DNA of 64,000 bases from an uncultured Collinsella sp. (GTDB lineage Bacteria > Actinomycetota > Coriobacteriia > Coriobacteriales > Coriobacteriaceae), in assembly GCA_949288855.1 (NCBI GenBank), contig CASELS010000001.1:68479-132478 (forward strand), given 5' to 3'. The translations under genes and the position numbers were made by a program. Every line of letters starts with the position of its first letter. The stretch's first letter is position 1. The notes under the pieces are model-generated. The model worked only from the letters and a program-made list of their open reading frames with translations. It was not told the origin of the DNA and searched no databases. Shown one piece after another: positions 19,470 through 31,139 of the stretch.

Positions 19470-19871
19470 GCAGAATAATAAAAGACCCCCTGTTGGACGA
19501 GAGGATTCGGGCCAGAGTAGGGGATGACGGCAACATTTGCGCAGGAAACGAATTCCTCCGCATGCCGCGATTGCTGGTTTGTCGTCTTTGGAGGGCATGA
19601 AGACGTTAAAAGTCATTATTCTAAGCGCTTCAATGACCATAAGGATGCGGAGCAAGCGTTTGGGCGCGGGCTCATCGTGGATGACGGTGGGATTCGATGT
19701 TTGACGTTGGGCATCGCTATCCCAAACCGCTTTGCGGCTGCCTAGGCAGCGTGGAGCGAAAACCTAAGGCGATAGTGGCAGAAGTATCCCCTTGAGCAGA
19801 AAACGCTGCATTAACCAATGATAAGACGACGCAAATCAGCGATTGGCTTATGCTAAATGCTATGACTAAGA

Positions 19872-19898
19872 AAATCTTATATAGAGAGACTTAGATTT
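19872..19898. promoter_or_regulatory. HAIR-like (HspR) operator upstream of clpB
   Basis: AAATCTTATAT-N5-GACTTAGATTT has the geometry of actinobacterial HAIR; TATAAC follows immediately downstream. Confidence 0.5.
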
Positions 19899-20016
19899 GT
19901 GTATAACCTCTCGCATAGCGGCTATAAGGTAGCTGACTGAACGAATGCTGCCCCGCAGGGCGGCGAGGTCGCTCGGCCTATCCAGCAGAGCGACCGCCCT
20001 AAGAGAGGTGATTCGC

Positions 20017-22644
<2,628 letters not shown>

Positions 22645-22785
22645 GGATTCCGAGAGGCGTCTTAAACGTCGAGGATGCGACCGCCAAACAAGTGCAGCCG
22701 GGTACGGAATTTGGCCGCACCCGGCTGTTTTGTGCGGGTTGGATTCGCTACAATACACCCGCAGCACACCTAAGAAAGGATTGGC

Positions 22786-23442
22786 ATGGCGCTACCCGAG
22801 GCAGTGATCTTCGACATGGACGGCACGCTCGTCGATACCGAGCGGGTGAGCCAGACCGCGTGGCGCCGTGCGGCGGCAGACTTTGGCCTTAACGTGCCGG
22901 AGCGCATCTGGCATGCCTTCGTGGGCTGTTCGCTGCCCAACGCCCGTGCGATGATCAACGCCGAGTTTGGCGACCCGGCGCTCACCGACCGACTCTTTGC
23001 CCACCAGCGCGAGCTGTTCTTCCAGATTGAAGACGAGGCGCTCGAGCCCTGCGCCGGTGCTCTGGAGGCGCTCGCGGCGCTCTCCGATGCGAGCGTGACC
23101 CTTGCCCTTGCCACCTCGACGGCGCGCGAGCGAGCACTTCCTACCCTCGATCGTTTTGGCATGGTGCCGTATTTCACCTCGATGACCTTTGGGGACGAGA
23201 TCGAGCGCGCCAAGCCCGAGCCCGATATCTACCTCAAGGCGGCCTCGCGTCTTTCGCTCGAACCCGTGATGTGTGCTGCGGTGGAGGACTCCGTCAACGG
23301 CGCCCGTGCCGCTGTGGCGGCTGGCATGCGCACCTATCTCGTGCCCGAGTGGGCGGCGCCTACGCCCGAGCTCACGGCCCAGTGCGCCGCGGTGCTCGAC
23401 AGCCTGCACGAGCTGCCGGCGCTTGTTCTTGCAGAAAGGTAG
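22786..23442 (+). CDS. HAD family phosphatase (beta-PGM-like)
   Basis: FDMDGTL, KPEPDIY and VEDSVNG. Confidence 0.9.
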   Translation: MALPEAVIFDMDGTLVDTERVSQTAWRRAAADFGLNVPERIWHAFVGCSLPNARAMINAEFGDPALTDRLFAHQRELFFQIEDEALEPCAGALEALAALSDASVTLALATSTARERALPTLDRFGMVPYFTSMTFGDEIERAKPEPDIYLKAASRLSLEPVMCAAVEDSVNGARAAVAAGMRTYLVPEWAAPTPELTAQCAAVLDSLHELPALVLAER

Positions 23443-23446
23443 GACC

Positions 23447-23914
23447 ATGAACACCTCGACCATTGTCCTTATTGTTATGGGTGTTGCCCTTCTTGGTTGG
23501 GTTATCGCCTGCGCTGTGCACTTCCTGCGCGGCGGCCGTGCCCTTTTGCGTGCGAGCGGCCTTACGGCACACCTTACCTGCGAGTCCTGTGGCGCGACGT
23601 TTGATTTGCCCGCCGGTGAACTTGCCGATACGTGGTTCTCCAAGTCGGCGAGCGTTACGCGTACGCGCCGCGAGGGGGCCGCGCTGGTAGACGAGCCCAC
23701 CTATCACTCTTTTGCCAAGAAAGTTACCTGTCCGCAGTGCGGCGAGCGCGCTTGGGCACAGGTTCAAAACGTCAACGAGATCAATGCCTCCCTGCGCGGG
23801 GCGTACCTCGCGTCTGGCCTCAAGCACATTGGCCTTATGGTGGCGGGCGGCTTTGCCATCTTGCTCGCCGCTCAGCTCCTCCTCGCGATTCTGCGCGCGC
23901 TCGGCCTACAATAG
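23447..23914 (+). CDS. Membrane protein with Zn-ribbon
   Basis: N- and C-terminal TM helices; CESC and CPQC. Confidence 0.7.
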   Translation: MNTSTIVLIVMGVALLGWVIACAVHFLRGGRALLRASGLTAHLTCESCGATFDLPAGELADTWFSKSASVTRTRREGAALVDEPTYHSFAKKVTCPQCGERAWAQVQNVNEINASLRGAYLASGLKHIGLMVAGGFAILLAAQLLLAILRALGLQ

Positions 23915-23946
23915 GAGCGTCAACCACCTCGATGTGAGGAGCGCTC

Positions 23947-24750
23947 ATGAGAACGGTCTGCAACTTCTACTCGTATGTGCTGAACCGCGCGGTCGATATC
24001 TCGGTCGTGGTGCCTTCGGTCACCTGCCCGGAGTCGCTCGGCCTAGGGGGTATCACGCCTACGCACAAACTCCCTGCCAAGTTCCCCGTGCTGTACCTGC
24101 TGCACGGCTTTGGCAACAACCATGCGCAGTGGCTGGGCTATTCCAACGTTGAGATGTACGCCGAGGAGCAGCGCATTGCCGTGGTGACCATGTCCGCCGA
24201 GAACAAGGCCTATGCAGATGCGGGCGCGGACGACTTCATGCGTTTTGTGGACGAGGAGCTGCCCGAGTTTGTCTGCAATTACTTCCCCGTTTCCGACAAA
24301 CCGGAGGAGTCCTATATCGCGGGGCTTTCCATGGGCGGCTTTGGGGCGCTCTTGCATGGCATCACGCATCCCGAGCGCTATCGTGCCATCGGTTCGTTCT
24401 CGGGCGGCGTGGGCATTAACCCGGTAACGTTTGTAAAGGACCCCATGGGTTCCAAGGGTGAGGAGGCGCCGCTGCCGCATGAGTACGATCTCGCTGCGCT
24501 TGCGGATGACGCCGCAGCAGCCGGTCGCACGCTGCCGCCTCTCTACCTTGCGTGCGGTACCGAGGACTTCCTCTTCCAGGCAAACGTCGACTTCCGCGAT
24601 CACCTGGTGGAGCTCGGTGCAGATGTGACCTGGGACGAGGTAGCCGGTTTTGGGCACGAGTGGCGCTTCTGGGACATGCAGGTGGAGAAGTTCCTCGACT
24701 GGATCCCGCGCGATGACGTGTACGCAAAGATGGGCAAGCGCCCAGTGTAG
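23947..24750 (+). CDS. Alpha/beta esterase (tributyrin esterase/FrmB-like)
   Basis: VLYLLHG, GLSMGG, CGTED and GHEW. Confidence 0.9.
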   Translation: MRTVCNFYSYVLNRAVDISVVVPSVTCPESLGLGGITPTHKLPAKFPVLYLLHGFGNNHAQWLGYSNVEMYAEEQRIAVVTMSAENKAYADAGADDFMRFVDEELPEFVCNYFPVSDKPEESYIAGLSMGGFGALLHGITHPERYRAIGSFSGGVGINPVTFVKDPMGSKGEEAPLPHEYDLAALADDAAAAGRTLPPLYLACGTEDFLFQANVDFRDHLVELGADVTWDEVAGFGHEWRFWDMQVEKFLDWIPRDDVYAKMGKRPV

Positions 24751-24761
24751 GGGTGATTCCT

Positions 24762-24953
24762 ATGGCATCGATGCCTAGCGCGCAGAACGCCGTGTCGACG
24801 GAGCAGCATCCTCAGAAGACGCCGCCCAAGCACGGGGGCGCACCGCGCGACCCGTTTATTCGGGCGGAAAACGAGGATGACGACGGCTACGACCCCTATT
24901 CAGACCGTCGGCCCGAGCCGGAGCCGCTCTTCGAGCGCGATCCGTGGGGCTGA
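24762..24953 (+). CDS. Small acidic hypothetical protein
   Basis: Follows the esterase; DPF...EDDDGYDPYSDR; GC-rich codon usage. Confidence 0.55.
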   Translation: MASMPSAQNAVSTEQHPQKTPPKHGGAPRDPFIRAENEDDDGYDPYSDRRPEPEPLFERDPWG

Positions 24954-25080
24954 TTCCTGTAATTTGGATTTTGAACGACGCGCCCGCACCGCTGGAAAGG
25001 ACAGCGGTGCGGGCGATTTGTTGATGTGCTCTAGAATCGAAGCATTGGCAATGGCAGGTGCTTCGGGCGGTGCGCTGCAG

Positions 25081-26067
25081 CTACTCGACGGTGAGGTCGG
25101 CGCGGGCGATCGCCTTCTCGAAGTCACGCGTGCCGCGGAAGACCTCCTGCTTGTAGGGGTTCACGCCGAGCTTCTTGGCGCGGTAGGCAATGTGGGCAAG
25201 GGCGGCCACATTGGCAGCGAGGGCGAGCACCGACACCACGAGGTTTACGGTCGGGTCGTTCACCGAGTCGGTAGAGAACACCGAGTAATCCTGAAACATG
25301 GGGAATACCTGGGCAAACATGCACCAGAGCGCGAGCGTGTTGGCACGGTTCTGAATCCAGCCGCCCTTGTTCCAGAAGAAGTTGGCCACGGTGGGCGCAA
25401 GCAGCAGCGCCAAGCCACAGTACCAGGCGTGGGTGGGCAGGCAGTTGTAGGTGTAGCAGAAGTTCCAGAGGTCGTAGGCGATGATGAAGACCCAGGTCAT
25501 ATCGGGCCAGAGCATATCGTCGCGCTTCTTGGAGGTGTAGATGCCCCACCAGCCGGTCATGCAGAAGATGTTCAGGATGCCGGCGATGCCGTTAAAGACG
25601 TTATGCCAGCCGCCCATGAGGGTGACGCCCTCGCTCGAGACCCAGGTGGTGCCCCAGGCGCGAACGGCGCTCTCAAAGTCCGAGACCACGGCGATCAGGA
25701 TGTTGATGGCAACGATCACAAACGGATAGGCGCGGAACCAGTGGCTTTTGCCCAGCGAGCCCCAGCGGTACTTCAAAATCATAAAGCCGATGCAGCCTGC
25801 TGTTGCGGCATAGAGCTTCGCATAGTGGAACCAGCTGTTCATGTAGACGTAGGTCGGGTTGGTGAGCGCCCATTCTGCTCCCGCCGCCGCGCCAATGTAG
25901 ATGGCGGCAAAGTAGACGGTGAGCGCTGCCGGGAGTGCGAGGAAGCACAGGATACCGCCGAGCTTTGAGCGGCGAGCGAATTCGTTGGCGAGGATGAGGG
26001 CGGCAAACACCAGCACCCATCCGAGCCACTGGAACGGAGCGTTCTCTCCGTACACTTGAAACAGCAT
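25081..26067 (-). CDS. DUF5692-family multi-pass membrane protein
   Basis: GGAGG RBS; WFHYAKLYA, NILIAV.SD, AYDLWNFCYTYNC and GWIQNRANTL. Family recalled from motifs. Confidence 0.75.
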   Translation of the reverse strand: MLFQVYGENAPFQWLGWVLVFAALILANEFARRSKLGGILCFLALPAALTVYFAAIYIGAAAGAEWALTNPTYVYMNSWFHYAKLYAATAGCIGFMILKYRWGSLGKSHWFRAYPFVIVAINILIAVVSDFESAVRAWGTTWVSSEGVTLMGGWHNVFNGIAGILNIFCMTGWWGIYTSKKRDDMLWPDMTWVFIIAYDLWNFCYTYNCLPTHAWYCGLALLLAPTVANFFWNKGGWIQNRANTLALWCMFAQVFPMFQDYSVFSTDSVNDPTVNLVVSVLALAANVAALAHIAYRAKKLGVNPYKQEVFRGTRDFEKAIARADLTVE

Positions 26068-26187
26068 GCAGCCTCCTTCGAACATGCCCTGAACGGGCGC
26101 GGTTGCAGGCGATAGCGCAGGCATGCGGGATAGGGGACCGTTCCCCGTGCGAACGACCCGGCTCGCCGATTTCAGTCTTGACCGGAG

Positions 26188-26225
26188 TTGACGATATGTC
26201 AATCTCTTATTTGACGAAACGTCAA
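26188..26225. promoter_or_regulatory. Two TTGAC-N5-GTCAA palindromes in the divergent DUF5692/hypB promoter
   Basis: TTGACGATATGTCAA (26188-26202) and TTGACGAAACGTCAA (26211-26225). Confidence 0.75.
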
Positions 26226-26249
26226 CACTTTCCGACGAACGGCGGTGCC

Positions 26250-26936
26250 ATGGCTGATTATCGCGTTATCGAGGTTAAGCAGAGCGTGTTTGCCGACAAC
26301 GACCGCAAGGCGGACGAGCTCCGTGCGCGGCTCAGGCGCGAGGGCACGTTTTTACTGAACCTCATGTCGAGCCCCGGCTCGGGTAAGACCACAACGCTTC
26401 TGCGTACCATCGAGGCGCTTGCGGGCGAGCTCTCGATTGCGGTGATGGAGGCGGATATCGACTCCGATGTCGACGCGCGCACCATCGCAGGCGCGGGCGT
26501 GCGCTCTATCCAGCTTCACACGGGCGGCATGTGCCATCTCGATGCGTATATGACCGAGCAGGGACTCGATGCGCTTCGCGCGGAGGACCCCGCACTCGTT
26601 GACCTCGCAATTTTGGAGAACGTGGGCAACCTTGTGTGCCCGGCAGAGTTTGATACGGGGGCCTCTGCCAACGCGATGATCCTCTCGGTCCCCGAGGGGG
26701 ACGACAAGCCGCTTAAGTACCCGCTCATGTTCTCGGTCTGCGACGTGGTGCTCATCAACAAGATCGACGCGCTGCCGATATTCGATACGTTCAGTATGGA
26801 CCGCGTGCGCGAGAACATCGCCTGCCGCAACCCTGCAGCGCAGGTCATTCCCATCTGCGCTAAAACAGGGGAGGGCATTGACGCGTGGGCGGAGTGGCTG
26901 CGCGAGCGCGTCGCCACTTGGAAAAGCGGCGCCTAG
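26250..26936 (+). CDS. hypB: Nickel metallochaperone GTPase HypB
   Basis: SSPGSGKTT, GGMCHLDA, ENVGNLVCPA, EGDDKPLKYP and NKID. Confidence 0.95.
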   Translation: MADYRVIEVKQSVFADNDRKADELRARLRREGTFLLNLMSSPGSGKTTTLLRTIEALAGELSIAVMEADIDSDVDARTIAGAGVRSIQLHTGGMCHLDAYMTEQGLDALRAEDPALVDLAILENVGNLVCPAEFDTGASANAMILSVPEGDDKPLKYPLMFSVCDVVLINKIDALPIFDTFSMDRVRENIACRNPAAQVIPICAKTGEGIDAWAEWLRERVATWKSGA

Positions 26937-26986
26937 CGCCGAGGTGCGCGGCCGCGTCAGACGGGCGGCCGCGGCACCCATCCGGT

Positions 26987-27055
26987 AATGCACGGTTTGA
27001 CCCCGTCCCCATCTGTGCATCCATGCCTGCGAATGCACAGTTTGAACCCGTCCCC
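26987..27055 (+). repeat. Two 24-bp direct repeats AATGCAC(G/A)GTTTGA(C/A)CCCGTCCCC (REP-like)
   Basis: Copies at 26987-27010 and 27032-27055; a third, inverted copy lies at 42082-42106. Confidence 0.8.
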
Positions 27056-27097
27056 AAATACGTCCAAATGCGCCAGTTACGTGCGAAAGGAACGAGC

Positions 27098-29896
27098 ATG
27101 ATCTTGAACGGCCCCGGCATCTCCTATACCGAGCCCGATATCGGCGCGGAGTTTGTGCCACCGCTGCCCGAGCATCCGCGTGAGAAGATCGTCGCGCTCT
27201 GCAAGCATCTCACCAACCGCACCCTCGGCAAGGGCAATCTCCTGCCGTACGAGTACTGGGCGTTTGAGAGCGTGACGACCGACGAGATGGCAGACGTGCT
27301 GCTCAAGCTCAAGGTGCGCCGCCCCTACACGTTTGAGGAGGCCCAGCGCGCGACAGGGCTTGCGGCAGATGTGCTGCGTCCGCTGCTCGATGAGATGAGC
27401 GAGATTGGCCTTCTGGAGTACAACTGGGAGAATCCCGCGCGTACCAAGCAGTGGGTGAGCCCCATTTTGGTGCCGGGATCGGCCGAGTTCCTCAACATGC
27501 GTTGGGAGCAGATGAAGGAGCATCCCGCGACGGCAAAGTTCTTCGAGCAGGCATCAAAGGGCCCGCTCTCGCGCATCACGCCCATGGTGCCGCCGGGCGG
27601 TGCGGGCATAGGCATGCACGTCATCCCCGTCGAGCAGGCCATCGAGACCGAAAACAGAAGCGTCTCCATCGAGCACATCGGCCATTGGCTCGACAAGTAC
27701 GACGGCAAGTACGCGGCGAGCCCCTGCAGCTGCCGTATGAGCAGAAGCGTGCTCGGCGAGGCCTGTGGCGACGATCCGGCCGACTGGTGCATCGCGGTGG
27801 GCGACATGGCCGACTACGTGGTGGAGACCGGCAAGGGCGGCCGCTACATCACGCGCGACGAGGTGATGGAAATCCTCCAAAAGGCGGAGGACAACGGCTT
27901 TGTGCACCAGATCACCAACATCGACGGCGAGAACAAGATCTTTGCCATCTGCAACTGCAACGTGAACGTGTGCTACGCGCTGCGCACCTCGCAGCTCTTC
28001 AACACGCCCAACCTCTCGCGGTCGGCATACGTTGCGCGCACAGAGGCGGACAAGTGCGTCGCCTGCGGCCGTTGCGTGGAGGTGTGCCCGGCGGGCGCCG
28101 TCAAGCTCGGGCAGAAGCTGTGCGAGAAGGCCACGGGCAAGGTTCCCGCCTACCCCAAACAGGAGCTTCCTGACGCGGTTTCGTGGGGGCCCGAGAAATG
28201 GTCGCCCGACTATCGCAGCAAGAACCGCATCGAGACCTACGAAGCGGGCACGGCGCCCTGCAAGACGGCCTGCCCGGCGCACATTGCGGTGCAGGGCTAC
28301 CTCAAGCTCGCGGCGCAGGGACGCTATACCGAGGCGCTCGCCCTCATCAAGCGCGAGAACCCGCTGCCCGCCATCTGCGGGCGCATCTGCAACCGCCGCT
28401 GCGAGGACGCCTGCACGCGCGGACGGGTGGACGAGGCCATCGCCATCGACGAGGTGAAGAAGTTCATTGCTGCGCGCGACCTCGACGAGCAGACGCGCTA
28501 CATCCCGCCCAAGGTGATTCCGCGCGTGGAGGGCGCCTTTGACGAGAAGATTGCCATCATCGGCGCCGGCCCGGCAGGCCTTAGCTGCGCGTTTTATTTG
28601 GCAGAGCGCGGCTATAAGCCTGTGGTGTTTGAGAAGAGCGCGCGCCCGGGCGGCATGCTCGCCTACGGTATCCCCTCCTACAAGCTCGAGAAAGACATCA
28701 TCGCGGCGGAGGTTGCCGTTATCGAGGCCATGGGTGTCGAGTTCCGCTTTGGCGTGGAGGTGGGGCGCGATGTGACGCTCGCGGACCTGCGCGCCGAGGG
28801 CTACCGTGCGTTCTACGTGGCCATCGGCTGCCAGGCGGGCCGTCTGCCGGGTATTCCCGGCGAGAAGGCCGAGGGCGCGTTGACCGCGGTCGACTTCTTG
28901 CACGGTGTGGCTGAGGCGCAGGACTCGGGTGGCGAGATGAGCACACTTACCGGGCGTACCATCGTGGTCGGTGGCGGCAACGTTGCCATCGACGCGGCGC
29001 GCACCGCCTCGCGTCTGGGATCGCCCCACGTGGAGATGTTCTGCCTCGAGCAGGAGGACGAGATGCCGGCAAGTGCGGAGGAGGTGCGCGAGGCCGTGGA
29101 GGACGGTGTCCATATCAGCCATGGCTGGGGTCCTCTTGAGGTGCGTACCGACGATGCGGGCCATGTGAGCGAGGTCGTCTTCCGCCGTTGTACGCGTGTC
29201 TACGATGACGAGGGTCGCTTTGCGCCCGTCTATGACGATGCGGAGCTCCGCACCGTTGCGGCGGACCGCGTGATCTTCTCCATTGGCCAGGGCGTGGCAT
29301 GGGGCGAACTTCTTGCCGGGAGCGCGGTCGAGTTCGGCCGCGGCGGTACGGCGGTGGCCGACACGCAGACCTATCAGACCGCCGAGCCCGATATTTTTGT
29401 GGGCGGCGACGCCTTTACGGGGCCCAAGTTTGCTATCGACGCCATCGCCGCAGGGCACGAGGCGGCGGTATCGCTCCATCGCTACGTGCAGGGGGCGACC
29501 CTCACTATCGGCCGTAACCCGCGCGCCTATCGCGAGCTCGATAAGGATGCCGCGGACCTGGCGAGCTACGATACCGCGAGCCGCCAGCAGCCCGCGGTGA
29601 AGCCCGACCTCGGCCGAGTCGACGCTCCCTTCCGCGAGTACACGGCAACCTTTACTGAGGAGCAGGTGCGTGCCGAGACTGCGCGCTGCCTGGGCTGCGG
29701 GGCGAGCATTGTGGACGAGAACAAGTGCATCGGCTGCGGCCTTTGCACTACTAAGTGCGCGTTCGACGCAATCCATCTGCATCGCGAGCACCCCGAGGCA
29801 AGCACGATGATCAAGTACGAGGACAAGCTCCCGGCGATTGGCAAGTACGCCCTCAAGCGCGCTATCAAGATCAAGTTTGGCAAGCGGGGCAAGTAG
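27098..29896 (+). CDS. Large Fe-S flavoprotein oxidoreductase (Cys-rich N-domain + ferredoxin + GltD-like FAD/NAD(P)H module + ferredoxin)
   Basis: PCSCR..C..WC and ICNCNVNVC; CVACGRCVEVCP; APCKTACP and ICGRICNRRCEDAC; GAGPAG and GGGNVA; RCLGCG and CIGCGLCTTKC. Confidence 0.9.
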   Translation: MILNGPGISYTEPDIGAEFVPPLPEHPREKIVALCKHLTNRTLGKGNLLPYEYWAFESVTTDEMADVLLKLKVRRPYTFEEAQRATGLAADVLRPLLDEMSEIGLLEYNWENPARTKQWVSPILVPGSAEFLNMRWEQMKEHPATAKFFEQASKGPLSRITPMVPPGGAGIGMHVIPVEQAIETENRSVSIEHIGHWLDKYDGKYAASPCSCRMSRSVLGEACGDDPADWCIAVGDMADYVVETGKGGRYITRDEVMEILQKAEDNGFVHQITNIDGENKIFAICNCNVNVCYALRTSQLFNTPNLSRSAYVARTEADKCVACGRCVEVCPAGAVKLGQKLCEKATGKVPAYPKQELPDAVSWGPEKWSPDYRSKNRIETYEAGTAPCKTACPAHIAVQGYLKLAAQGRYTEALALIKRENPLPAICGRICNRRCEDACTRGRVDEAIAIDEVKKFIAARDLDEQTRYIPPKVIPRVEGAFDEKIAIIGAGPAGLSCAFYLAERGYKPVVFEKSARPGGMLAYGIPSYKLEKDIIAAEVAVIEAMGVEFRFGVEVGRDVTLADLRAEGYRAFYVAIGCQAGRLPGIPGEKAEGALTAVDFLHGVAEAQDSGGEMSTLTGRTIVVGGGNVAIDAARTASRLGSPHVEMFCLEQEDEMPASAEEVREAVEDGVHISHGWGPLEVRTDDAGHVSEVVFRRCTRVYDDEGRFAPVYDDAELRTVAADRVIFSIGQGVAWGELLAGSAVEFGRGGTAVADTQTYQTAEPDIFVGGDAFTGPKFAIDAIAAGHEAAVSLHRYVQGATLTIGRNPRAYRELDKDAADLASYDTASRQQPAVKPDLGRVDAPFREYTATFTEEQVRAETARCLGCGASIVDENKCIGCGLCTTKCAFDAIHLHREHPEASTMIKYEDKLPAIGKYALKRAIKIKFGKRGK

Positions 29897-29943
29897 AGGA
29901 GGCCGGCGCGACCGTTGGACTTGCGCGTTGGGAAAGGAGCGCC

Positions 29944-30300
29944 GTGCACGAGCTCGGGATTGTCTTTCACATCATCAAAAGTGTCGAGGAGATCGCTGCC
30001 GAGGCCCGCATAGGGCGGGTCTCGGCGGTGACGCTCGAGCTCGGCGAGGTGTCGGGCATCATGCCGAGCTACCTTCAGGACTGCTGGCGCTGGGCATGCG
30101 ACAAGCACGAGGTGATGCGCGGATGCGAGCTTGTGGTGGAAGAGATTCCCGCGCGCACGTTTTGCGAGGCATGCGGCACCACCTATAAGACCGTGGCGCA
30201 CGGTCGCATCTGCCCCGCATGTGGCAGCGATAACACCTATCTCGTGCAGGGCAACGAGGCCATGATCAAAGAGATCGCCACCCCGGAGGAAGGTGCCTGA
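29944..30300 (+). CDS. hypA: Nickel metallochaperone HypA
   Basis: GTG start giving MHELG (Ni-binding MHE), plus CEAC and CPAC Zn site. Confidence 0.93.
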   Translation: MHELGIVFHIIKSVEEIAAEARIGRVSAVTLELGEVSGIMPSYLQDCWRWACDKHEVMRGCELVVEEIPARTFCEACGTTYKTVAHGRICPACGSDNTYLVQGNEAMIKEIATPEEGA

Positions 30301-30301
30301 C

Positions 30302-30931
30302 TCAGCGCTCCGGGCGGCGCTCGGGGTATTTCTCGGTGTAGCCCTCGATGTGCAGCGTGCTTGCGATGACGTCCTTGATGACGGTCTCCTCTACATCGGG
30401 GTGCGAGCGGATGAAGAGGATGAGACCGCTGATGAGGATGTAGAACGTCTCGTAGACGTGGTCGATCAGCACCTCGTGGTAGCGCGAGAAGTCGACGACC
30501 GTGGTCTCGCACATAAAGCGAGCGCAGCGCTCGGCCACGCGATGCACAAAGGCGGTGTAGAGCACGGCGTCACCATCGGCGGCGATGGAACGCGAGAGGT
30601 CGGGGGTCTCCACCACCAAGGTCTTGAGTAGATGAGATATGCCGTCGAGCGCGCCCTCGATATCGCCCCTCACGCGTTCGCGGTCCCAGGCGCGCAGCCG
30701 GTCGATAAAGGCGTCGATGGTGAGCTCGAGCGCGGCGTCAAAGGCCGCCTCTTTGCTGGGGAAGTAGTGATAGAACAGCGAGCGGGTGCAGCCCACGCGG
30801 GCGGTGACGCTTGAAACGGATAGGCGCGAGAGCCCCTGCTCGGCGCAGACGGCCACGACGGCGCGCAGAATCTCGTCGCGCCGCTCGTCATGCGAGTGGC
30901 GCACGCGGCTGTGCTCGGTATGCTTTTCCAT
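30302..30931 (-). CDS. TetR-family regulator
   Basis: VSSVTARVGCTRSLFYHYFPSKE helix-turn-helix. Confidence 0.9.
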   Translation of the reverse strand: MEKHTEHSRVRHSHDERRDEILRAVVAVCAEQGLSRLSVSSVTARVGCTRSLFYHYFPSKEAAFDAALELTIDAFIDRLRAWDRERVRGDIEGALDGISHLLKTLVVETPDLSRSIAADGDAVLYTAFVHRVAERCARFMCETTVVDFSRYHEVLIDHVYETFYILISGLILFIRSHPDVEETVIKDVIASTLHIEGYTEKYPERRPER

Positions 30932-31002
30932 AGCGGCCTCCCCAACGGGGACGAAGGTCCCCAACGTGCTCTAGGGCGGGATGATGTTAGTTTGCCGCGT
31001 CG

Positions 31003-31017
31003 TTAACAGTACGTCAA
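31003..31017. promoter_or_regulatory. Third copy of the TTGAC-N5-GTCAA operator, upstream of tetR
   Basis: TTAACAGTACGTCAA, with one mismatch in the arms. Confidence 0.6.
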
Positions 31018-31139
31018 TACGCCGCATACCTACATTTGAAGCCGGTTTACAGACTTGTCACGAGGGCGCGAGCATGCGCGCGTATGATGGGAGGCAACGG
31101 GCGCCAAGCGCGCGCCCGCTGCGACGGAAGGGGGCCGCC

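Noticed and set aside
26987-27055. Mini-CRISPR array
   Set aside because: Only two imperfect repeats with a 21-nt spacer, no cas genes or leader, and a dispersed inverted copy elsewhere; this fits a REP-like element.
27554-29791. Long antisense ORFs (also 19999-21558, 39820-41496, 47330-48916, 52721-55339, 58613-60292)
   Set aside because: These are shadows of high-GC3 genes on the opposite strand and carry no protein motifs.
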